From contig CM052816.1 in NCBI GenBank assembly GCA_028534125.1, positions 16,680,001 through 16,744,000 of the forward strand: 64,000 bases of DNA, read 5' to 3'. Below, piece by piece: positions 1-15,271 of the stretch. The position numbers and the translations under genes were made by a program. Numbering within the stretch: the first letter of the stretch is position 1; each line of letters opens with the position of its first letter. The notes below the pieces were generated by a model, which had not been told where the DNA came from, ran no database searches, and worked only from the letters and a program-made list of their open reading frames with translations. This DNA is from Lama glama (taxonomy: Eukaryota).

Positions 1-3000
1 GCTGCCTGCCTCAACTCAGAACTAGTTCTAAGTGCCATTGTATTCTGGCATGGTGTTCCATGCACTGTGAACCTAATGAACAATTACTGTCTTTGAATTT
101 CAACTCTTGACAGACTTCTCATTGTAATAGCAGATACACTTATCCTTCCAGGAAAGGAAGGTTTGCTCTGGACACATTCCTAGGTAAGCAAGAATACCTA
201 ACTAGAATACCATTTAAGGCAGAATGCAGTGTAGGACCCCAGTCCTGTCTCGTGTTCCTCAGCCCCCCAACAATACGCCAGTTGGACCCTTTTAGCAGAG
301 GGCCCTTTTTCTTTGAGCTTGGAGTTGAGGCTTTGCTCATAGTGGTCCCTAGTACTGGGAACATGTTCAGTTGTGAGAAAACTTACAATATCAGTTTTGC
401 AGCAGGGCTGAATGGTTTTAGACCCTATTTAAGGAGTCAGAGGAAAAATAAGCCTCTTCTCTAGAATCACTGCTGGAACTCAGATGGAACTGTCCATCTG
501 AGAACTTGGGCAGCAGAAATTTCTTCTGAATCCAGCCTTGTTCTCCAGGGGTCTCAGTAGGACCTTCTGGGATACACTGTGTAGGTGTCCCTTAATTCTT
601 CAGCAGCCTGCTATTTTAGTGAAGGGGAGAAAGGATTTAGGGGAGGTTCAAGATTCTTTCTAACAAGTTGGAAATGATAAGGTTTCTCATTGGGGCAACT
701 GTCCTGGGAGAACATGATGAAGTTCCCTCTGATAACAGCTTTATCTTATGCCACTGGACGCACTTTGAACCCTTGCTTACTGTCTGTTACAAATGAAAAC
801 GTCTTTTTCTGTTTCTGTTTTTCTCTTTTCAAACATTGTCTTTTTCTTTGACTCCAGGTGAATCAAGATAAAGCATGATTATGCTTTTTTTCTTACCTCT
901 TCCAAAACATTGAGCTTAAGAGCCATAATTTCATTATTATACTTGTGGTTACAAAGGGGAAAACAGACTTGATTCTTTTACATTGACAGATTGATCAAGC
1001 TTTCTGTGCTTTAATCAAGTTTTTCTTTCATCTACTTGATTTGTATGTAGATCTGTCTCAAAAGTGTTTACATGTTCACTTTGTCCCTTTTTTAAATTCT
1101 CCAAGTTGTCTTATATCTTTTTTAACATCAATTTTCAGACATGTAGCTTTCATCCAGTGTATTCTTTGTCTTTACTCCTGTCACCATCTTTCCCACCTAG
1201 TTCAGAGGACTTGACATTTTCAGATGCCTGACAGCTTCTTGTTATGCAGATAACTTGGGGGTACTGGGCCTGTACTCGTCTGTTTTCACATTTTCATTTG
1301 ATCATTTAAGGTCTCCTTTAGAAGAATGATCCTTGTCAAAACAAAAGATTGTCTTTTTTTCCTGCCATGTCTGTGGCCTTCTGAATTACATTTTTTTTTC
1401 CTCCAAACCCACATCTAAGTATATGAAAAATGAAGCCCACAAATACATTTTTACTATTCACTAGTCAGTTTACAAGCTTCAAATATCTGCTGTAGGTTGG
1501 ACATTTATACATTTGGTGGAGCAACATGTAATGCATGAGAACATGGTCTGACAGAACCTTGGTATGGTAATATGAACCATTTCCAGCCCCATATTAGTAA
1601 GTGCAGAATAACACAGTACACGTTGAAGGGGGTATAGTGTAAGCAGATGATTTGGGTCTTGAATGAGGTGTTTGGCATTGTCAAAAACTGAAAGATTGTA
1701 TAACTATGTGGGGAGATTTCCTAGGCAAGGCAGATATTGTCAAAGAAAGTTACTTTGGGCATTAGTATCATTTGGCTGATACGGTATCTTTGATACAGTG
1801 GTGCAGTGGGGCTGTAACTCATCTGCAACTTTGAAATGGTAACTGAAATTCCTTCTTGATTAAAAGCCAGTTAGCCTAAAATTAGATTCAAAAGCTTTGT
1901 GTTGGGTGATACTTGGTGAGCTATTAGTGTATTGAAATAGTGCAGAGCATTTTCACATATATGCCTTGTTGGTAAAGTTGGTTTGAACAAGTTTAAGACA
2001 GTCCCAACACAAATTTGCCTTTCAACCTAAATAAACTGTGGTTTGCAGTGAAAATGTACTGATCCCCAAACATTAATTCCTTAATACCTGTGGATATTTT
2101 TAGCTTTCTATTGAAAAAAAGTTTTTTTGGTTTTTGGCTACCCCATTCTCTGGCATCTTCTGGCCTTCATGACTCTACTTAAGCAAGGAGGATCCTAAGG
2201 AAAGACAAGGCTAGGGGTTCATGGATGAAATGTATTTTAATCAAGTAATGAAACTAGTTTTGTGAAGATGGGTTGAATAAAATACATTTTGGCTGCTCAC
2301 AGCAGCTCTGTGAGAAAAGCGATTACTGCCATTTCATGGATGAAGAAATTTTGAAGTAAAGAGAGATTAAGTAGCTTGCCTAGTATCTCAGGCTAACAAG
2401 GGGCACTATTAGATTCTGTTCCCACTTTTCTGATTCCAAAGCCTATGATCCTAACTATTATACCACATGGCTGTGCTCTTTGATTCTTATTTCTTTTGCT
2501 GAATAGAAAAATCTTGCATTCTCTACTGCAAGGAAGATTCTTGTCCAGGGATATTTGCAATTTACTAGAGGGAGCAGGTGTGCTGAGACCCAGGAGCAAA
2601 GATGAAAGTGAACAGGCATGCTGTTTGCAAATCTACCCTATGAAGAACTTGGGTACTAAACATGTTTGTTCTTAATGAGCATCACTGGTGAGAAAAATAA
2701 CTTACTCTTAAATCCTTCCCCAGAAGCTCATTTGTATATTTGCAAGAAGATTAACAGGGAGGCTATGGCTTTTGTTTTATTTGAAAAGTACTTGCACAGT
2801 GGCCAAAAAAGATAAGAAGTGGACTTTCTCAAATATAGGGTCCCGTGTAGAACACTGGTTGATAGTGACTCCCTAATGTTGGTTGTGATTGATATCTCCT
2901 GGCTTTGCATTGATGTGAGAACGCTAGAGAAATTTTCCAGCTTCTGCTGATCCCTGGTGGAATATTCCACTGGGTTGATTTTGTGAAGTGTTTTTGCTTG

Positions 3001-4272
3001 TTTGTTTTGAGTTTTCTTTATATGATAAAGTAAATTCCTGTAATTGTAGAAAAAGTAATACTCCAGCAGATACATACATTTTTGTTTTGGATGGTTGAGT
3101 AATCCTAGTGCTTTTGAGGATAGAACACTAAAATGAGCCTTTTGTAAACTTTCTGCTGAAAAGTTTTGGGACATCTTGAGTTATTATATCCTCTAGGCTA
3201 GAGACGGCTTTAATGCCTCAGTGTGTTCAGATCTTGGTCCTTTTCCAGTCTGGTTATGGCATCTAACCATAAGGTCAGTCGCACAAAACCAGTTTCCAGT
3301 AACTGTCTAGTCTCTTTGAAGATAAACAATCCTCCCTTAGTTTGGTATTCTACAAGCTCTTTATAAAAGGCAGCCCCATCTACCTCCTACTTGCATCATA
3401 AATAATGGGGGTGGGGATCAAGGCAGGGATGAACCAAATTAAAGGTGGCAAAAGAAGGGTTAGTTTTTTATGGTAAGTGACTAATGGGATGGTTTGAGCT
3501 TTTTAGTGAAGCTAAAGCAGGGACAGTAAGTCATTTCAAGGCACATATTAGTTCTTCTCCAAAGACTGGCAAACTTTGAATTGGTATTTAGTAATTTAGA
3601 ATAAATCACTGGTGTCTGAAGTTTTAGAGGAGAGTGAATTTCTGTATTTCTTTCTCCCTTGTGATAAATTACAAAACAACTTCTAGTGTTCCAGCCATAT
3701 TGTTTTGAACTGTGTTTTTGGTTTGGTTCTTCTGTTAGAAGATTTGGCAGATTCTGTAATTCAGTAAAGGTGATCACCACCCACTGCAAAGTCAACTCAT
3801 CTCTCTCTCTGGACTTACTCAGATTCAAATAAGACTTCAGTACCACCTACCAGTGCTGCTTCTGTTTCTTTTTTTTTCCCCCTAGCCGTGCTGGGCCCTT
3901 AATTCTTTGACTTCTACTATTAAGGTCAAGGGGATGGGGCACAAAGAGCTATCAAGTTTCATCTAGCTACCATTTAGTGAGCACATTCTGTTTGCTGTTT
4001 GCTGTCCATGCTAAAAGCATTTGACATATATTCTCTTATAGAATCCTCATGACCTTGTGAAATAAGTAGAAACAGGCCCAAATGGATTTATGTGTAATTT
4101 GCCCTAGGTCGTGCTGACAGGACATGAGTTCAGAGCTGCCTGATTTGAAAACCTGTGCTCATAACCACCCTCTTAATACCTGTCCATATTAAACCTGTGT
4201 AAAACTCGCTTTAGTTTCAAATTAAAGTTTAGTTTTGTTCATTTGGTCAAAGAAGAAAAATGGAAAACCCAT

Positions 4273-4376
4273 GGGAGGGTATAACTCAAGTGGTAGAGCG
4301 CATGCTTAGCATTCATGAGTTCCTGGGTTCAATCCCCAGTACCTCCTTTAAAAAAAAAAAAAGGCCTAATACCCCC
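4273..4376 (+). mobile_element. tRNA-Ala-derived SINE (Vic-1-like)
   Basis: GGGAGGGTATAACTCAAGTGGTAGAGC (A box)...CTTAGCA...GGTTCAATCCC (B box), followed by an A tract. Confidence 0.85.
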
Positions 4377-7300
4377 ACCCACTTGCCCACAGTCACTACC
4401 ACCCTCACTCTCCTTGTGTAAGAGCTACTGATTCAGAATAGAGGAAGGGGAGATCTTTTTTATCTGAACTTTTTTGTTTTATTTTTTAGAAAGTTTACCA
4501 AGGGTTCTGGGGCTCTCGTGCAAATTGGCCAGTGGACAAACTTATAGGAATCACATTTTCTTCCTACCTACCTTTCTAAAGTGTTCTTGGAGCATGTTAA
4601 TGATGATGAGCACTGGTGAGATCTTTGTAGGTCAAAGAATGCCTAGATTTTTTTTTTTGTTTGTCGTTCTTATGTCCGTCTGCTTCAGCAGGCATCTTGA
4701 ATCAAAGGCTGGGACTCTGTGAGCCATAAAGTTACATACATATACACCCCACGGCCCAGGCTTTGTTCTGATTACCTTGAGTTTTCTTTAGAGACCTTTC
4801 AGTCTTGACAATTCAAACGACTTGATGTTTGCCTGTCCATAGTGTTTAGGGGCCATGAAACCTTGGATTGGATAATTAATTGGTAGTACTGCTGTAACCT
4901 CCCATCCTAGGGAGAGAAACTGTTCCTTTCACAATCTCCTTTGAGATTGGGGGAACAGAGTTGTCAGCTGTTTCTCTAAATTCTCTTACTTTTGTCTAGT
5001 TTTAGTTACTGTCCATATTTAGTCTACTTACAACTACTTCCTTCTGTCTTCCTGCTGTTTTATTTCTCAGAAGTTAGTCCTCTGGGTGGAAACACTGCTG
5101 AACTCTTCTTGATAAGGGAAAGTACCCTCAAATGATGAGAACAAGAAGGAATCTGAGAACAGAGGCCCCTGGAAACCTTACAGGGCACGGTGTATGTTGT
5201 GTCTTGTTTTGCCCAGTTTTTACAACATGTGAATCATTGCTGTGTACTTCATAATTCACTGACTCTTAAATGGAGGGGCTTTTGATTTTGGGAAAGGAAT
5301 ATAGTGACAAAGCAGGAGTGGGTGAAAACTTAAAATTAAAGACAGCCAGCAGCTCCTTTGAGAGCTTTTATTTTTCGTTCTACCATGAGGATTGTTCACT
5401 CTACTTTAAAATGAAATACTCAGCTTCCTTGGTTTTATTTTGGTGTTTACACAAACTGGTGTAGCAACTTTGATTGGCTTGCCTGGGGGGTAAATGACTG
5501 TTTATTTTGTTTGGAAACTTCCCTGGAAAAACTTCAATCTGCTTGTATCAAACCCAACGTACAAAACTTCAGAGATTATGATGTAGCCTTGAAAAGCCAT
5601 CCATTTAATCCTTTTTTTCTCATCTCTAGTCAGGTGTCAGAAACTTAAGGTTTCCCCTAGACTGGGTGGGGAAAGGCACAAAGGTAAACTAGTGAAAGGT
5701 AAATTTTTTTAACATGAGTCAAAATTCAAAATGAGTAAGAGGCCAAGACTAACTTTCAAGTAGTGTTTCAAATCTACAAGCTGGTGGAAATATACCAGAC
5801 AAAATTTTTTTGGCAGGTTATACTTTCAAACCATTTTTTTTTAAAGTGGATTCCTATAACAAGATTATGTTCTTAGGTGTCTACTACTTAGAGAACTACT
5901 TCGCTTTCTCTAGGATGTTACATGGATGTGAGTGTAAGATTGACCAACTCTGATGCCATACAGTAAAGTTGCTTAGTGAATGCTTATCTTCTTATCTGCA
6001 GTGGAAAGTAAACAGCTGCTTATCTTAAGGTCATTGTTTTGTCCTCCACATGATTATCTTGCTTTAAGGATTTCCTTTAGGCATTTTGGGTTCACTCAGT
6101 TTGTACCAACATCCTCTTTAGCCTCAAACTTTCCATCCTTTGGGGTTTGGTGCCTATTAGCTTCCTGAGTTCTGTGCCTTCACTCTTGGTGTCTTTGGAG
6201 CCCCTTCTCGTTCCATTTCCTACTGATTTCCTCTTTACTAGTTCTGTCTCCTAGGAAACTACTCTGTAAATCAGAGCACATTAGCTTTTTAAAACAGCCC
6301 TTCTTTTGAGAAATAACTCTCTTGGTCCCTAAAGATTCCACACGCCCCAGGGTAGAGAAATAAGCTCTTTTGAGAATTGCTCATCTGAAAACAAATACAA
6401 GCCAGTAAAGCCCATGTTCTGACTTATCTTTTTCCCCATCTTGTATATTTTCATACAGGTGGCACCTACAATCTAGAATGTTTGAAGTTAAATTTACTTG
6501 CCCAGTTTTTCCAGCCCCTCCCAGAGCAAACTCCTTTCTCCTCCATGGTCTCTAGGATTTGACAGAACTCCAGAAAGAATTATCAAAAACTTTTTTGGAA
6601 ATTCCTCTTCAGAAGCCTAGTAAAATAAATATTGGAAGTAAAGCAGTTTGTTATATTTGATTGTCTGAAAGTAGGATCCAAAGAACACTCCCTGACTGTG
6701 AAGAACATTTTTCTTTTTTTATAATCAAAGATACCAGTTTGTTTCATTTGGGAATTCTTTTTACCATCTCCTTCAGAAACTGAAACTTGGCCAGAGGTAG
6801 AATTGCATGTGTGTCTGATTTTTTATTTCTAGGCACCTTGCCTTGGTTTTCAAAAGTTCCTTTTATGTGGTTATGCTTTAAAAATTAAAATGAAAAGTAT
6901 TTTATAGTGCAGTACATCTGACTTAGTGTAAGTGTGTATGCACATGAGCAAGGGATTGTTCTGAATCACTCTGCTTTGTCAGTACTGTTTCGAAATTTTA
7001 GCTGACTTAAATGGGACTATATATACATTTATATAGATTAAGAAATAACTATGGGTTAGGTATGGTGTTTGCATACACTTTATCTTATATGAAGTGTATC
7101 TTGAAAGCAGCCTTTTTGTAATGATCATTTTGCTTGTGCTTGTGGTGACAACATAATTGTGCTTGATTCTCTGGTTTGGCTAGAATATTTGCTCCCCTTT
7201 CCAAGGGGTGGCAGCAGAGCACACACCATACTTTACCATGTACTGTCATTACTCAACTTGTAGTACATTGGGGAAGGTATCACAAAGGTTGTGAACCAGC

Positions 7301-8388
7301 CTTCTAGGTTTTGAGTAGAAACGTCAACGGAAATAGTGCTGGTTTTCGAGGCAGAACATTAGCTGACAAACTAAGAGTAACTGTTTTGAGAGTGGAAGGG
7401 CTCAGTAGCCAGTCTGTCTGCTTATAAACTTTGCTGGCTAAGGGACCTATGGAATTTACCACTAGGAGAAAACTTTTAGAGGGCAGGGTCTCATGTAAAT
7501 GAGGTCCCTTTCCAATGCTAGTACCAAGGTGCACATTTGTGAAGTTCATTTTCCTCTATGAAGATATATTTCCAGGCATTTTCAGATTTCAAACATCTGT
7601 AGTTACAAAGCTAATATAGGGGTTTTCTCAACTTTTTGATACTGTTCCCCAAACTGTGCCTCTTCCCTTCTTTCTTATAAGTCACTTGGCACATAAGCCC
7701 ATTTGACTTGACACTACCCATCTTTTTCATTTTTTCTTGACAGCTTCCACTGGACGGTGGACACGTGAAATTACTATGCAAGCTCAGTGATTAGGGGAAA
7801 GTTTAAATGCTTCTGGCAGTCTTCCCAGTTTCTCTAAAGCCCCCACTCATTTCATTATGGCACTAATACTTGTAATGATTAAAATTGTCACAGCCTTTAA
7901 GGGCATCATGATCTATAAGAATCTCAGGAAGTAACTCTCCTGCAGACTCAGCTATCAAGAAGAAACAGTTTGTAAAATAGTATACTTCTTAACATGCTTT
8001 GGCTCGTATCAGATCAGTTCTTACCTTCAAAATGTAAAGTGGCTCAATTTATGATGGTAGATATTATAAGAAAGCCATTAGACCTGGTCAGGGGAGATTT
8101 GAGGCTTTCAGTATCCCATGTATATATGTGTTACACATTTGATTGTGTTCGTAATGCTACTTGTTCTCTATAAAATTGCTAATTTAGTTTTTTAAACATT
8201 AAATTATTAAGTTTTATTACTGAATTTATTATTAATTTAGTAAACTCATATTAGCATTTCTCAGGAAAACTTTGATTTTCTCTTAAGCTGTCAAGAGACC
8301 TTAAAAGGAGTACTGATTTTTATGTAGATACTTAAGTAACAGCTTTGAGATATAACTTATATATTGTAAATGTTACTTCTTTTTTCTA

Positions 8389-8496
8389 GGGGGCGGTAAT
8401 TAGGTTTATTTATTTTTTAGAGGAGGTACCAGGGACTGAACCCAGGACCTCTTGCATGCTAAACATGTGCTCTACCACTTGAGCTACACCCTCCCC
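8389..8496 (-). mobile_element. tRNA-Ala-derived SINE (Vic-1-like)
   Basis: Reverse complement of the same head plus the AAATAAACCTAATTACC tail. Confidence 0.85.
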
Positions 8497-8499
8497 ACC

Positions 8500-9070
8500 C
8501 TTTTACTCCCTTTTTTAAGTGTACAATTCACTGTTTTTTTCATAGTTCTGTAATGATCTAATTTTTAAACATTTTCTTTAACCCCAAAAGAAACCCTCAT
8601 TCTGGTTACCCAGTCCCATCCCCCATTCCTCCTTGGCAGTCACTCTCCTTTCTCTGTTTCTGGGTTGCCTGTTCTGGATATTACACATAAGTGGAACTAT
8701 ACAATGTGTGATCTTTTGTTACTACTTTTAACTGGTACAATGTAAATAATGTACCAACTCTATTCCTTTAATCGCTGAGTAATATTCCATTGTATGGATA
8801 ATACCACATTTTGTTTATCCATTCATCAGTGGACATAGGGTTTTTTCTACTTCTTTACTGTTATGAATAATGTCTCAGTGAACACCAGTTTTTGTATGTA
8901 CACAGGTTTTCATTTCTCTTGAACATATACCTGCGAGTGGAATGGCTGGGTCATACAGTAACTCTGTTTAACCTTCTGAGGAACTGCCAGGCTGTTTTCC
9001 AAAGTATTGTACCATTTTACATTCTCAGCATTGAATAAGGGATTCAGTTTCTCTGCATCCTGTATCTTGG
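8500..9070 (-). mobile_element. Old L1 (L1M-type) 3' fragment
   Basis: gctgagtaatattccattgtatggat...ccacattttgtttatccattcatc...gaggaactgccaggctgttttccaaag; the L1 start probably extends upstream of the adjacent SINE. Confidence 0.75.
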
Positions 9071-9339
9071 AGAAATGTCTATGCAAGTCCACTTGATCTA
9101 GATAATCTAATATTTCAAACAGTAAAGTTGAGAATTCATTGAATTTGCATTTCCTAAACTAAGAAGAGAGTCAGAGATGAGAAAAGCACCTTAAGGAATT
9201 CAATGAAAGGAACCACCTAGAATGAACTCACCAGATGATTCTACTGTGCAGCTACAATTGAGAACTGCTGTTTTAAGAGAAATATGTTTTAAAATTTTTT
9301 AAACATATCAATAGATGAACTATTTCATAGGTGTGTTTT

Positions 9340-9800
9340 GTTTTCTTTTTTCTTTCTTTTTTTTGTGGCAAAATACACACAACATAAAGTTTACCATCTT
9401 AACCAGTTTAAGGGTATGTTTTAGTAGTGTTGAGTACATTCACATTATAATCATTCATCCATTGGTGGACATTTGACTGTTTTGATTGATATAATTGTTG
9501 CTGCTATGAGCATTAGTACACAAGTATCTAATGGTTCTCAGCTTTCACTCTTGGGTATATATCCAGAATGGAATTGCTAGATCCATTGCTATGTGGTAAT
9601 TCTATGTTTACTTATTTGGGGAACTGCCATGCTGTTATCCATAATGACTATACCATCTAACATCATCACCAGCAGTACATACGGGTTCCATTATCTCTGC
9701 ATCCTTGCCAACACTTTTTTTTTTTTAATAGTGGCCATCTTACTGGGTGTGAAGTGGTTTTGTGTTTTGATTTGCATTACCCTAATGATAAGTGATGAAT
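9340..9800 (-). mobile_element. Old L1 (L1M-type) fragment
   Basis: aaagtttaccatcttaacc...gggtatatatccagaatggaattgctagatc...ttgatttgcattaccctaatgat. Confidence 0.7.
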
Positions 9801-10531
9801 TGGTATATTCTGGTAATGTAGTTTTTACATTTGCTTCAGGTAGAACTAAGAATATTGAAATGAAGTATTTCTTAACTGGTGATGCTAAAAGATCTTGAGA
9901 ATGTAGGTAAAAAAGATGTGGCTCGCATCAATACTGAGGTTAGAGAGAGGTTGGTGGCTGCTCAGAAGGGACCTCCCATGTGACAAGGCCTTGGTGGCAT
10001 CTTCCATAGTTCAGACTTTGGACCTGGTTTTTAGTTGTAGAAAACTTAAATTTGCTTGGGTACCTAGAGTTGATCAGACTCTCAGTGCGTTGCTCTTTTT
10101 AAATGAAACTTACAAGCGATTAATACATAAAATACATTTAGAGATACATTATTTAGGGTGTGTGTGTGAGTGTGAAAGACAGATAAGCAGAGATTTCCTA
10201 ACTGGGTATTTGTGTGGCTCCCAGGCTCTCATTTCCCATTATTAGAGTACTTAGGATACTAAATTAATGAGTATAAATTTACATGGTGTCTGGAATTTTA
10301 AAAAGGAAGAACAAGATACTAAATTGGCACTTCATCTGGACTTGGAAAGACTTGTTGCATTGCCCTGTGATGGCATCACCCTCTGAAGAACCACTAGATT
10401 GATTCCAAGCCTCTGCCATGGACTTACGGTCAAATTCCAGCCTGTTGTCACACCCTTACCAAAGCTTCTCTGTTTGTCCTTGGAGGATGAGGTGTTTGCC
10501 ACCCCCCCCCCATAAAGTGCCTTATTTCTTT

Positions 10532-10651
10532 TGGGTGGGGGCAGGTAATTAGGTTTATTTACTTGATTATGTTTAGAGGGAGTACAGGGAGAACCCGGGA
10601 CCTCCTGCATGCTAAGCACGCACTCTACCACTTGAGCTGTATCTTCCCCAC
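10532..10651 (-). mobile_element. tRNA-Ala-derived SINE (Vic-1-like) with target-site duplication
   Basis: Flanked by taaagtgccttatttcttt (10513-10531) and taaggtgcctcatttcttt (10652-10670), 17/19 identical. Confidence 0.88.
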
Positions 10652-10893
10652 TAAGGTGCCTCATTTCTTTACTTATTACATAGCTAATATTCATTCAAAT
10701 TGTTGAGCACCTACCATATTCTGAACACTAGTCCTAGTTTTGGTACACTTTGATTACACTATTATAGCTTCTACCTTCACCCACTTTGAGAGTGGTTTAT
10801 ATCTACTATTTTAGGGGTATCTCACTCTTAACACCCTTTACTAATGATAAGCATGAAATAAGCTCTTTACTTATGTAGTACTTGAACTGCTAA

Positions 10894-11151
<258 letters not shown>

Positions 11152-11482
11152 TGATGCTGCCATGATACTTTTGGTCACTTGTGTTTTCTCCACCCAGTCC
11201 CTTTGGCCTTGGAAAATTTAGTCTTTTTTTTTAGTTATTTTTTGAAAGTTAAGTAGTAGTTACTGTTCTTAAAAGAGTAAGTCTTCCCTTTTAAAACATC
11301 TCAAGAAGTTGTTTTCAAATTAAGGAGAGGATTCTGCCTGAGAGATTTACAGATATTTGTGCTTTATTTAAATTATGATTTAAAGGGGCAGGGATGATAG
11401 ACTGTGGGAACATAACATGTCTTATTAATTGAGGAAAATTAGGTGTGGATATAAGTAGAGAAATTGTTTGTGTTCTTTGCAG

Positions 11483-11622
11483 TACCTCCAAATGGCCTGG
11501 TTGTTTACTGTGGTACAATTGTAACAGAAGAAGGAAAGGAAAAAAAAGTCAACATTGACTTTGAACCTTTCAAACCAATTAATACATCATTGTATTTGTG
11601 TGACAACAAATTCCATACAGAG
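11483..11622 (+). CDS. ETF1: eRF1 coding exon ([11 protein letters not shown]...[10 protein letters not shown])
   Basis: tttgcag| ... GAG|gtaagt; 140 nt; contains the YxCxxxF motif (YLCDNKF). Confidence 0.97.
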
Positions 11623-13625
11623 GTAAGTTCAAGCATAGGATACTTTCATGACCCCAGAATAAAACCCTACATGTTTTCATTGGATGAGGTGTCAGGGGTA
11701 TACTTAGGAGTGCAATTTCTGGGTCATATGATAATAATGTTTAACCATTTCAGGAATTGCCAGACTGTTTCCTAAATAATTGTACCATTTTATAAGGTGG
11801 GCTATTTTCAAAAATAAAAGTTTACTTTTTTTGTGACACTGAATGATACCATTCAGCATGTTTGAGGAAAGTGCTAAGCTGGGTTTGAAGAGCTAGTTAC
11901 AAGCAAAAAAATAATTGGCTACCTGATCTCCATTTCTCCCTGTATATCCATGATACTTGCCTGTATTTCTTTCAGCTCACAGATTGTAAAATCTTTACTA
12001 GCAGGATTATAAGAGCTTTTTTCCCCCCATGAAACTTTTGAGTGACAGAACTGCCAGAATATGATTAACATTAAGGGTGGAAAGGAAACCTCATTAGAGT
12101 GACCTAAATCAGTCAACAGTAGAACAATCAGGAATTCACAGCTGGCTCCTAGTTCAGTCTCTTGCCTTTCATCGACCTAGGGGAGAACCTCTACAGTGGA
12201 ATTAGAACTGACATTTGTCGACACAGTTTACAATGGATGATTTTGCTAACTTGACAGGAAGTTCAGCTCCAGCTGGATCTTGATCGGTTGCATAGCTGGT
12301 AGAGACTGATTTTCTCTTGGCTGTCACAGCCTCCTGGCAAAAGCTTCATTGGGGAGGCTCTTTGCCACCTTCTCCCACTTATCTATAGCTGATTTGATGA
12401 AAGCAGATTTGAATCTTGTTGATTTAAGTAGTACCTGGTACTCGTGTTACCTAGTTTTTGTTTACTTATTAAGTTAGCTTCATTGGTTTTTCTAAACCTT
12501 AACTCCTATTCCAAGGTACCATTTCATCTTGCTAGCTTTATTTTGGCTTTAACTGGTTACAAATGTGGCATACTGAACGACACAATTTATGTCCTATTTA
12601 ATCAGGATATTTATGCATTCTTATGAGGGATAAGTCTATTCCCTACGCATGGGCATGTTGAAAATGTAAATTAATCAAGCTACCTAACAGGTTATCACGA
12701 TAAGGTAAAATTTTTAACGGGGGCAATATTCATGTCTTAATGCCAATTATTAAGCATGGTTTGGTTTAAGAGTGATGCTTAATGATTAATCTGCTTTCTA
12801 GTCAATTCCTGAAGGAATTATTTTCTCCCTTAGTTAAAATGGAAAGGGTAATAATTTCTTGGTTCTCAAGAGGCTGCCGCCTAACAGTCACCTACCAAAT
12901 CTATAGTATTTACACTGCATCATGGAAACTTGTGCCCATTTTTGTGGGTCCCAGGACTATTTTTTATTTGCTCTCTCAGGAAGCAGAAATACAGGGATAT
13001 AATGCTAACCCAGAAGGAGCATTTTCCCCACCTTATAATACCTTTCAAAACTCAGTTTTATTGAGTTTTAGATCTTGATGTCATTAATGATGCTCAAGGC
13101 ATAGTTAAATGAAACATTTCAAAACTGGAAGATCTTTTTATAAACTGTTCTGGGTTTTGTACTTGATGAGCACTCCTACTCTGGAATTGATTTACAAGAT
13201 ATTCTTACTTGCTGTAGTGAATACTGCCCTTTAATGCTAGGGTTATTAATGGTAACAAGAAAAATCAGCTTTTGGAGGTTAGATTTTTAATTTGAACGTT
13301 ATGTTCTCTAGACCACTATCAGTCTAAAATCAAGGACCTCGGAATAATTTGAGCCCTGTAACTCTGTATTAGGTTTGTATTCTGTGCCCATGTCAGGTTG
13401 GTAGAAAGGTATATTGGTATTGTTGGTTTTCTCCTACTTCATGTTCAGTTTTATTTATGAGTTACATATTTATAGCTGAAGTCTATAAATTATTCCATGA
13501 TGTAGTACTAGAGAAAAACCTTTCTATAAGTGGGTTGAGAGGGCTTGTATATATTCTTTCAGATTTTGTCTTGATCCTAGCAAAGCTCTGACATGTATTA
13601 TGTGGTACCTGTGTTTGCTTTTCAG

Positions 13626-13764
13626 GCTCTTACAGCACTACTTTCAGACGATAGCAAGTTTGGTTTCATTGTAATAGATGGTAGTGGTGCACTTTTTGGC
13701 ACACTCCAAGGAAATACAAGAGAAGTCCTGCACAAATTCACTGTGGATCTCCCAAAGAAACATG
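13626..13764 (+). CDS. ETF1: eRF1 coding exon ([14 protein letters not shown]...DLPKKH)
   Basis: ttttcag| ... ATG|gtaatc; 139 nt; phase matches neighbouring exons. Confidence 0.97.
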
Positions 13765-14021
13765 GTAATCTAGAAAGAGAACATGAGCACCTTTGCTTTG
13801 TCTACCAATAAGGAAATAGTATATGGGGGAAAGTAAATCCAGATGATGGGAGAAGCATCATGAAATGACTTAGTGGTGCCTGTGGCTCTTTTGACTAGAG
13901 AATTAGTAGACACTCTAAAAATGAGTGATAGTGTTAAGGGAATAGTGATTTTCCTCTTTGTCCTTTCCTTGGGGAGTAATAGCATGATTATGTAGTTTTT
14001 AATTAACAAGGCATCTTGTAG

Positions 14022-14267
<246 letters not shown>

Positions 14268-15034
14268 TAGGTGCTCCATTATATAAGTTTCTAGGTGGGA
14301 GTAGGTGAGTTGTCTGAGTAGTGAGACATGCACATCTTTTTTTTTTTTTTTTTAACTTTTAAGTGTTAAATTCCTTGTTAAAAACCTAGCTCTGAGCTGG
14401 TAAAGTTCCATGTGTATCATTAGAAATATTAGGAAATATTTCCCCATATCTTTCTGGGCTTTTTCTCTTTTGGAATACCCTTTTTTTTTTTTTTCAGGAT
14501 CTTGCTGGGCCCTATGTTAGCCCCTGGTTTAGTGGGTTGCCATAATTGGCTTTAAAATGGAGTTTGACTTCAAAGAAACCCAGAGCTGGTTTTTCCTGTC
14601 TTTTTCTTACTTTCCTGGAGGTAGTAATATAACAGTTGATTAAGTCTAAAGCATTTAATCCAGAAAGCTCTTTTGGTTTGTAACGTAGGCTCAGTGTAAC
14701 ACATTCCCAAGGTGTTCCTCTGGAGGAGGGGTAGTAAGGAGCATTGTGGTAGAAGGCTCAACAGAGAAGCTGTATTTAAATTCTACCACCTTATATGGCA
14801 GGAGCCAGTAGTTCCTCCTTTCCTTCACAGGATACTTTTTTTGTGTTTAATGAGTTAGCCTTTTATAGGTCTAACGGAATGTGTAATATGGTTGTCCGGG
14901 GAAGTTTATCTTGGCACTGTTGCTCACTGAGACTTGCTCATGAATAGATTGGGCTCCTCCCATATGCTTCCTCTGTATACCTCACTGGTCATATTGCTGA
15001 GTTTAGTATGCCATTAAGAGGTAATGGGTCTTGA

Positions 15035-15271
<237 letters not shown>

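Noticed and set aside
4273..4346. Possible tRNA-Ala(AGC) gene
   Set aside because: The stems are imperfect, it has an A-tail, and four related copies exist (two with TSDs), so it is a SINE rather than a tRNA gene.
14789..14798. Perfect CArG box CCTTATATGG in an ETF1 intron
   Set aside because: Isolated, with no adjacent ETS site or island; several such 10-mers are expected by chance in 64 kb.
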